From Candidatus Babelota bacterium (GTDB taxonomy: Bacteria; Babelota; Babeliae; Babelales; Vermiphilaceae): a stretch of DNA of 32,000 nucleotides. Below are positions 25,994-32,000 of the stretch, piece after piece. The stretch spans positions 150,001-182,000 of the forward strand of contig JBDHVY010000001.1 of the NCBI GenBank assembly GCA_039809905.1, given 5' to 3'. The notes beneath the pieces are model-generated. The model did not search any database, was not told the DNA's origin, and worked only from the letters and a program-made list of their open reading frames with translations. The translations under genes were made by a program, and so were the position numbers. Positions within the stretch are counted from its first letter, which is position 1; the number at the start of each line of letters is the position of its first letter.

Positions 25994-27550
25994 ATGAGTT
26001 CAACAGTTAAACGTTTAGCAAGTTCTGAATTAATGATTTGGGTATTGGTTTGTGTCATTGGTATGTATTTTATGTATCCATTACGCAAATCTTTACGTTT
26101 CGGTATAGATTTAGTTGGTGGAACATATTTAACACTTGAAGTACAAACAGATAAAGCTCTTGATGCTGAATTACTGAGCAAACTGCAAAGTATCGATGCT
26201 AAACTTAAGCGCGAACGATCTATTTCTGTTATATCAAAGACTATTGCTGATCAAAAAATTATTCTTACTTTTGAAAATCAACAACAAGCTCAAGAGGCTC
26301 ACCGCATACTCAAAAAAGAAATAACCGATTTAGAGCAAACTGTTCAAAGAAACACGATAACCTTAAGTTTTTCCGATCAAATAGAAAAACGCATTAAATC
26401 TGATGCCGTTTCACGAAACATTGCTGTATTACATACGCGTCTAGATAGATTTAGCGTTGCAGAAATTCTCATTATTCCTCAAGGCGAAAAAAATATTATT
26501 GTTGAACTTCCTGATGTTGCCAATCCACAAGAAGCAAAAGATGCTATTGGTCGCGCAGCACTTCTTGAATTCAAAATAGTAGAAAAAGTTGGCACAAGCG
26601 AAAGAGAATTATTGCTTGAATATGATGGTGAACTTCCTGATGATTTACAAATTTTGCCAGGTGAACGTGAAAACGGAAGAAACTTATATTACGTGGTACA
26701 AAGATTTGCAAAAGTAACGGGAAACATGCTTACTGATGCAAAAGCTTCTATTGCAAGTGAAATGGGAGGCGTAAAGCCAGTTGTAGCTTTCTCATTCGGT
26801 GATGAAGGCGCTGAGAGATTTTATGATCTGACAAGCAAAAACCTGAAACGTCAACTTGCTATAGTTCTTGATGGTGAAGTAATTTCTGCTCCTTCAATAA
26901 ATAGTGCTATTCGTGGCAGCGGTCAAATTGAAGGCAATTTCACAACTGCAGAAGCAAGAAACCTGGCATATCTTCTTAAATCAGGATCATTTGCTGCACC
27001 TGTTACCTTTGAAGAAGAACGTCAAATTGGACCATCTTTGGGTGCTGAATCAGTACGTAATGGTTTAATGTCTTGCCTTGGTGGTTTTTTAATTGTCTTA
27101 TTATTTAGCTTATATTATTACAAACTCTGTGGATTGCTTGCAGCAATCACCTTGCTCTATAACTTGGTATTAATACTTTTCGGTATAAAATGGATGGGTG
27201 CAACACTAACATTACCTGGTATTGCGGGAATGGTACTGACCATTGGTATGGCGATTGATGCATCAATTCTTATTTTTGAGCGCATTAAAGAAGAATTGGC
27301 AAAAGGAAGCAGTGTAAAAAATGCTGTTGATAATGGGTTTGCTGGCGCAATGGCAGTTATTTTGGATGGTAATATTACTACCTTTATTAGTGGTATTGTT
27401 CTCTATCATTTAGGATCAGGACCGATCCAAGGTTTTGCAGTAACCCTTATGTTAGGAATTATAGGTACATTAATTGCAACATTGTTTTTCTTAAGATCAT
27501 CTTTTAAGTTTATTTTAAGTAATTTTAGCATTCAAAAGCTTTCCATTTAA
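25994..27550 (+). CDS. secD: Protein translocase subunit SecD
   Basis: AAGGAG 8 nt upstream. N-terminal TM segment, GIDLVGGTYLTLEV, a periplasmic domain, IGPSLG, and a C-terminal six-TM bundle (LPGIAGMVLTIGMAIDASILIFERIKEE). Confidence 0.9.
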   Translation: MSSTVKRLASSELMIWVLVCVIGMYFMYPLRKSLRFGIDLVGGTYLTLEVQTDKALDAELLSKLQSIDAKLKRERSISVISKTIADQKIILTFENQQQAQEAHRILKKEITDLEQTVQRNTITLSFSDQIEKRIKSDAVSRNIAVLHTRLDRFSVAEILIIPQGEKNIIVELPDVANPQEAKDAIGRAALLEFKIVEKVGTSERELLLEYDGELPDDLQILPGERENGRNLYYVVQRFAKVTGNMLTDAKASIASEMGGVKPVVAFSFGDEGAERFYDLTSKNLKRQLAIVLDGEVISAPSINSAIRGSGQIEGNFTTAEARNLAYLLKSGSFAAPVTFEEERQIGPSLGAESVRNGLMSCLGGFLIVLLFSLYYYKLCGLLAAITLLYNLVLILFGIKWMGATLTLPGIAGMVLTIGMAIDASILIFERIKEELAKGSSVKNAVDNGFAGAMAVILDGNITTFISGIVLYHLGSGPIQGFAVTLMLGIIGTLIATLFFLRSSFKFILSNFSIQKLSI

Positions 27551-27635
27551 AAAATCTTTTGATATAATTAATACCCATCAAGCATTACGTTTGATGGGTG
27601 GTTTCAATAAACCAATACAACCTTGATAGTTAAAT

Positions 27636-27712
27636 GACGGCGTAGCTCAGTTGGTTAGAGCGGCGGAATCATAATCCGTAGGTCCGGGGTTCAAATCCCT
27701 GCGCCGTTACCA
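27636..27712 (+). tRNA. tRNA with CAT anticodon (elongator Met most likely; Ile2-lysidine type not excluded), CCA encoded
   Basis: GACGGCG TA GCTC AGTTGGTTA GAGC G GCGGA ATCATAA TCCGT AGGTC CGGGG TTCAAAT CCCTG CGCCGTT A CCA. It lacks the initiator-type 3 GC pairs in the anticodon stem. Confidence 0.85.
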
Positions 27713-27720
27713 TAATTTTA

Positions 27721-27769
27721 CCCCAACTTCATAAATTACGTTGGGGACTCTGCAGAAAAATTTACTGCA
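27721..27769 (+). terminator. Two hairpins after the CAT-anticodon tRNA (terminator or processing site)
   Basis: CCCCAAC (27721-27727) / GTTGGGG (27740-27746), then two copies of the self-complementary hexamer CTGCAG at 27749-27754 and 27764-27769. Confidence 0.45.
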
Positions 27770-27799
27770 GTAACCAAACAAAACGATCTCACATTACTC

Positions 27800-28384
27800 A
27801 TGGCTGACAAACACATTTCTTTACCAATGCTTTTGACTTATATACGATTAATTGGCGCACCACTTGTGTTGCCTTTTTTTATTGTATATCTTTTGTCTTA
27901 TAACATCGTTTGGCTCAATTGCTGTTTATCTTTCTTATTTTTTTTATTTGGATTAACTGATTTTTTTGATGGATACCTAGCTCGTAAATATAATCAAGTT
28001 ACACCTCAAGGAGCAGTGCTTGATCATGTTGCCGATAAATTCTTATTATATTCAACACTTATCGCACTCGTTGATGCACATAAATTACATTTTTTTTGGG
28101 CAATACTATGGATTGGTAGGGAGTTTTTTATAATGGCATTACGCCAGGTTGCTTTAGAAAAAAATTTTTCTATCACTGTCTCTTCATATGGCAAACTCAA
28201 AACGGTTGTGCAAATAGCATGCTTAACCCTTATAATTGGCAATCCTGATCACTCTCTCAATCTATTTTCATCGTATTGTAATATAGCAGAAATGACATTA
28301 CTCATTATTGCAACAATGTTATCATTGGTAAGTGCTTATAATTATTTTTCCGTTTTTAGGAAAGAACTGCTTCATAAGAGTTAA
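27800..28384 (+). CDS. pgsA: CDP-diacylglycerol--glycerol-3-phosphate 3-phosphatidyltransferase
   Basis: CDP-alcohol phosphatidyltransferase motif DFFDGYLARKYNQVTPQGAVLDHVADK (D-x2-DG-x2-AR-x8-G-x3-D-x3-D). Polytopic membrane protein of 194 aa. Confidence 0.9.
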   Translation: MADKHISLPMLLTYIRLIGAPLVLPFFIVYLLSYNIVWLNCCLSFLFFLFGLTDFFDGYLARKYNQVTPQGAVLDHVADKFLLYSTLIALVDAHKLHFFWAILWIGREFFIMALRQVALEKNFSITVSSYGKLKTVVQIACLTLIIGNPDHSLNLFSSYCNIAEMTLLIIATMLSLVSAYNYFSVFRKELLHKS

Positions 28385-28401
28385 TTTTTTTCATAAAAAA
28401 A

Positions 28402-28430
28402 CCTCATGCATTATTTAAATATGCATGAGG
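28402..28430. terminator. Bidirectional terminator between convergent genes
   Basis: CCTCATGCAT (28402-28411) / ATGCATGAGG (28421-28430), with A-rich sequence upstream. Confidence 0.6.
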
Positions 28431-28447
28431 CTAAAAGTAAATTTTAT

Positions 28448-29209
28448 TTATTTTTTTTGATTCGCTTCAATATATTCTAGCATAAGTCTTTTATAGTTTT
28501 GCAGTTCAGATTTTTGTGTTACAAACAGCTTAAGTTCATCATATTCTGGATGTGATGATATAAAATCAATAATCGCTTTGAATATAATTGGCGCTGCTTT
28601 ATCTCTGGGAAAACCAAGATCGATGCTTAGTTGCTGCAGCACCACTTTCTTTTTATTGATTATTTCTTCAGAATCCAGAATCCCTTGTAGAAGATTTTTA
28701 TAACAATTATACAAATCTACACCTGCTGCCTGTAAAGCTACATCTCCCAAAAGCGGCCTTCTTCGATTAGACGGAGTAAAATATTCATAATTTTTAGGAT
28801 TTTTATACATTCTTCCATATCCAATACGTGGCTCATAAACAGTTACAAGATCACAGCTGACTGTGTAATTTACTGCTTGCTTATATAACGATTTACTTTC
28901 TTCACCTTCCCAAGATCTATATACATCATCGCTAGAACCACTATCATATCCCGGAGGAATAACCCTGACCATCTTTTCTTTGGAAACAAACATATCACCT
29001 AATTTGTACACATCATCAAACTCTGGTTCCGATAAACTGCTTTGCTGATTTAATCCAACAACCATTACACCACAATCCGAATGCCTATTATACATGTTGC
29101 CTTTGGCAACACAAAAAGTAGTTTTGTTAATTGCAATCCGATAAGAATTACTTTCTGCTGCACGTAAACTTGAAAACAAAACACATAGTATTATTATACT
29201 TTTTTTCAC
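28448..29209 (-). CDS. Secreted hypothetical protein, divergent macro-domain-like
   Basis: GTG start at 29209 with AAGGAG 5 nt upstream. Signal peptide VKKSIIILCVLFSSLRA. AKGNMY...CGVMVVGLN, DLVTVYEPR, DLYNCYKNLL and VVLQQLSIDLGFPRDKAAPIIFKAIIDF follow the order of the macro-domain motifs (GDIT, VNAAN, HTVGP, AY-N-L, SIAFPAISTG..P..AA.I) but lack the Gly-rich loop. Confidence 0.5.
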   Translation of the reverse strand: MKKSIIILCVLFSSLRAAESNSYRIAINKTTFCVAKGNMYNRHSDCGVMVVGLNQQSSLSEPEFDDVYKLGDMFVSKEKMVRVIPPGYDSGSSDDVYRSWEGEESKSLYKQAVNYTVSCDLVTVYEPRIGYGRMYKNPKNYEYFTPSNRRRPLLGDVALQAAGVDLYNCYKNLLQGILDSEEIINKKKVVLQQLSIDLGFPRDKAAPIIFKAIIDFISSHPEYDELKLFVTQKSELQNYKRLMLEYIEANQKK

Positions 29210-29495
29210 GAGAGCTCCTTTTTTATTATATTTTATAACCCATCTCAAAATACAAAGTAAAAAAGTAATAACACAAAAAAGTCATTTTTCATAGCTGATC
29301 TTGATGCCTACGCACCCTATCCTAAAATATTTCAAACTGAAACAAGACCCCTAGTTTCTTTATCCAAAAAGAAGATTACTATGTTTTCAACTTGACTTTT
29401 TTAATCAATACAAGCAATATTATAATATTATTACTATTTTGAATTCCTTTTACATAAGGCTTTAATTGCCATAAAATTTCTAATTGAAGGTTATT

Positions 29496-31154
29496 ATGAA
29501 TTACAAACATACTCTTCTTTTTATCACAAATGCGTTCTTGCTCTCTATATCATTGACAACAAGCCCAATGAATACTAAGCGCGCAGCTCTTCAACAAAAA
29601 TTAAAAGCTAAACAGACCGATAAACTTGCTGCTACAGAAGGCCTTATAATAGCATGCCGTAAGAATAATCCTGTGCTAGCTCAAGCGTGGATCAAAGATG
29701 GAGCGAATGTAAATCATCAATCCAATATAGATGGTACTCTGTATACACCTTTACACATTGCTTGCATAAACAATAATCCTGACCTATCAAAGTTGCTTCT
29801 TGATCACGGAGCAGATGCATCTTGCCTTACAACAGTCAAGAAAGATAATGAAATTCATATGCAACCTAGTCCATGGCTTATTGCCTGTGAAAATGGCTTT
29901 GCCGATATTTGTGATCATATGATTACTAAAGACCATAATGTCATTTTTTCTTCTACACCAGCAGGATATGTTGGTCTTCATTTATCAGCACAAAATAAGC
30001 ATATTGATATTACACAAAAAATTATTGCCGCAGACAGAAAAAAAATCTTAATAAATAAACAAACAACGATCAGACAAGAAACACCTCTGCATTTATCTGT
30101 TTTTAACAAAGACATGGAAACAACAAAGATTCTAGTCGAAAGTGGTGCAAATGTTGATTGTCGATTGAAAAATGGTACAACACCACTTTTTTATGCCGTT
30201 AAAAATAATCTATATCAGATTGCAGAGTATCTGCTTAAAAATAGAGCTAATCCGAACATATCCTTTGAAGCTGGTATCTCGCATTTGCACATAGCCTGTT
30301 TAGAAAATCTTGCCGATATGGCAAAACTGCTGATCGCTCATAAAGCAAATCCCAATACACAAACAAAAAATGGAATATCTCCGCTTTTTGGAGCACTGAT
30401 TAAGAAGGATATTCCTATCTTCAAAATACTTTTAGATGCTGGTGCGAATGTGAATGTAGCAAGTGCAAAAGGCATTACTCTTCTGAATCATGCTGAAGAA
30501 ATGAATCACCCAGAAATCATAAAGCTTCTAGAAGAAAAAGGACTACGTCTAATCTCTCAAAAAGAAGCTGCAATAAAAAGTAATTCTTTTTTTGAAACAC
30601 TTAACCAAGAGACTCCTTGCTCAGAAAACAAGGAAGAAATACAGCACGCTCTTCTAGAAACTAAAGATGCTTCCTCAAAGCCTGAAATCGTTGTGCCACA
30701 TACTTCTGATAATCAAATAATAGATAATGATAATAAAGAAAATACACCTATTATTATCAACGTTCCAGCAAAAGTTGCTACTATACAACGCGTTGAAAAA
30801 AAGCCTACTAAATCTCAAGCGCAACCTTCGAACAGCAAACAAAAAGCAACAAAAATAGCACAGAAACCAAGCGAATCACCTAAGCGCATCAAATATACCG
30901 TATTACAATCTAAAAACTTTAATTGGCCTCGATCTCTTTCTTCCCAACAAGAACAAAATTTCATGAACCGCTTAAAAGATTTACAGGATATAACTTCACC
31001 AGATTTAAGCTCTGACATTAAACCTCTTAAAGGAGAATTGGCAGGCAAATTCAGAATGCGCGTTGGTGGCCATCGTGTTCTTTTTTCTGTTGATCACCAA
31101 AAACAGGAAGTTATTATTCACGGCATTCAACTGAGAAAAAACGTCTATAAATAA
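29496..31154 (+). CDS. Ankyrin-repeat protein with C-terminal RelE/ParE-type toxin domain
   Basis: ATG 29496 with GAAGG 5 nt upstream (the ORF opens at TTG 29484). Hydrophobic N-terminus, about 8 ANK repeats (TPLH(I/L)A...GA(N/D)(V/A)N) and a K/P/S/Q-rich linker. The last 88 aa (30888-31151) read IKYTVLQSKNF...IKPLKGELAGKFRMRVGGHRVLFSVDHQKQEVIIHGIQLRKNVYK. Confidence 0.85.
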   Translation: MNYKHTLLFITNAFLLSISLTTSPMNTKRAALQQKLKAKQTDKLAATEGLIIACRKNNPVLAQAWIKDGANVNHQSNIDGTLYTPLHIACINNNPDLSKLLLDHGADASCLTTVKKDNEIHMQPSPWLIACENGFADICDHMITKDHNVIFSSTPAGYVGLHLSAQNKHIDITQKIIAADRKKILINKQTTIRQETPLHLSVFNKDMETTKILVESGANVDCRLKNGTTPLFYAVKNNLYQIAEYLLKNRANPNISFEAGISHLHIACLENLADMAKLLIAHKANPNTQTKNGISPLFGALIKKDIPIFKILLDAGANVNVASAKGITLLNHAEEMNHPEIIKLLEEKGLRLISQKEAAIKSNSFFETLNQETPCSENKEEIQHALLETKDASSKPEIVVPHTSDNQIIDNDNKENTPIIINVPAKVATIQRVEKKPTKSQAQPSNSKQKATKIAQKPSESPKRIKYTVLQSKNFNWPRSLSSQQEQNFMNRLKDLQDITSPDLSSDIKPLKGELAGKFRMRVGGHRVLFSVDHQKQEVIIHGIQLRKNVYK

Positions 31155-31218
31155 ATATTGATCTATATTTTTTGATTCATTAGGTCTCCTTCGAAGCTAA
31201 ACAAATTGATTGTATTCT

Positions 31219-31343
31219 GCGCGCTCATTCTGAACTTGTTGAAGAATCAAAGCGCGCTATTATTCTTTTCACCCAATTTCCACTTCGTTTCTATTGGGTA
31301 CCCGCCTAAAGACACTGAAGGTGGGTTTAAGCTAATGAGCGCG
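31219..31343. other. GC-rich multi-hairpin intergenic element (candidate small RNA or relic mobile element)
   Basis: Hairpins GCGCGCT/AGCGCGC (31219-31257), ACCCAAT/ATTGGGT (31271-31299) and ACCCGCC/GGTGGGT (31300-31326). There is an alternative long-range pairing GCGCGCTCATT (31219-31229) / AATGAGCGCG (31334-31343). Confidence 0.35.
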
Positions 31344-31390
31344 TAGGAAATTTAAGCTAAAATAGTATAGAAAGAAGTCTGATTCAATTA

Positions 31391-32000
31391 CTATTTTGAC
31401 TTTGAATATAAAGCTGGTGCAGCTTTATCACATAATTCTTTATAATATTCATAGAGATCTGTGGGCTGAGGATTGCCATTCTCACGGGCATGTACTATGC
31501 ATAACCATATAGAATCATAATCATGAGGTTTTTTATGTACATATGCAAAAATAGTATCAACAGCAATTTTTACTACATCTTTCCAAGGAATGCCACTTCT
31601 GAGACCAAGAGGTAAAAAAGCTATTTTACGAGACGATCTGTTATCTCGCGCAAAAGAATTTAATGCGTTTTGATAACACCAAGCAAGATCTTTTTTGGCT
31701 TCTTCTAATGCTTGAACACCACGAAAATCAACGCTAGTTGAAAAGATTTTTTCTGCTCTCAATTTCGCTCGTACTGTTTCATATACATAATTATTGGTAT
31801 ATTTTTTTGCTTCTCCATCCCAACATTCTTCTTGCGCTAAACGTGGCTCTGCTACAAGAATAACTCTGCTAAGCATCATGGTGTGACGAACACTATTACT
31901 ATTTCTGTTTTTCCCATAAGAATAATCAAATGGTTCATAATTAATCTGTTTTGGTAAGCAAATGATATTACCTTGAGAGTAATATAACCTTCCCGCTAAT
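31391..32000 (-). CDS. Macro-domain-like protein, N-terminus outside the window
   Basis: The frame of the 31391..31879 ORF stays open to the window edge (...GRLYYSQGNIICLPKQ...). VILVAEPRL, LAWCYQNALNSF and RKIAFLPLGLRSGIPWKDVVKIAVDTIFAYV resemble the macro-domain C-terminal half (HTVGP, AY-N-L, SIAFPAISTG-x-YG-x-P...IA). Confidence 0.5.
   Translation of the reverse strand, partial: LAGRLYYSQGNIICLPKQINYEPFDYSYGKNRNSNSVRHTMMLSRVILVAEPRLAQEECWDGEAKKYTNNYVYETVRAKLRAEKIFSTSVDFRGVQALEEAKKDLAWCYQNALNSFARDNRSSRKIAFLPLGLRSGIPWKDVVKIAVDTIFAYVHKKPHDYDSIWLCIVHARENGNPQPTDLYEYYKELCDKAAPALYSKSK

Noticed and set aside
29210-29495. A hidden antitoxin ORF or clear promoter upstream of the ANK-RelE gene
   Set aside because: There is no ORF with an RBS in either orientation in this spacer. 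TTGACT at 29392-29397 has only poor -10 candidates at proper spacing (CAATAT at 17 nt, TATAAT at 23 nt), so I did not call a promoter.
31219-31343. 5S rRNA, SRP RNA, 6S RNA or tmRNA identity for the structured spacer
   Set aside because: It lacks the conserved strings I would expect, on either strand: 5S CCGAAC...GAAGUGAAAC...GAGAGUAGG, the SRP helix-8 GGAA tetraloop with AGCA/GCAGCC context, and the tmRNA tRNA-like end. It is left as an unknown element.

Overview
AT-rich bacterial chromosomal window with short intergenic spacers, strong AGGAG-type ribosome-binding sites and many hairpin terminators. Well-supported housekeeping genes are ppsA, prfA, rpmE, sppA-like, mreC, hemW-like, secD, pgsA and five tRNAs, all with encoded CCA: a Val-Asn-Asp operon, Leu and a CAT-anticodon tRNA. 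These are interleaved with many proteins (about 19 by my count) that start with a signal-peptide-like hydrophobic segment. That set includes eukaryote-like or effector-like families: a cPLA2/PLB-type phospholipase, a C11 clostripain-like protease, a tandem-HIT protein, HAD-like, GNAT, a single-HKD PLD/Nuc-like protein, a TPR/GT9-like protein, an alpha/beta hydrolase and two ankyrin-repeat proteins. This mix suggests a host-associated, probably intracellular bacterium such as a protist symbiont (for example Dependentiae/TM6-like), but that is inference only. Two loci stand out. (1) 12529..14034 encodes a minimal signal peptide-HINT-hydrophobic segment-C-terminal toxin-like protein, followed by a cytoplasmic immunity-like gene. 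(2) 29496..31154 encodes an ankyrin-repeat protein with a C-terminal RelE/ParE-type toxin domain and no antitoxin, flanked by two divergent macro-domain-like genes. Other observations are a P-loop kinase pseudogene interrupted by a GC-rich palindrome, a covarying 34-nt hairpin repeat in the tRNA spacers, and a GC-rich multi-hairpin intergenic region at 31.2-31.35 kb. No CRISPR array, rRNA gene, transposase or integrase was seen. All family assignments come from motif reading by eye, with no database search.
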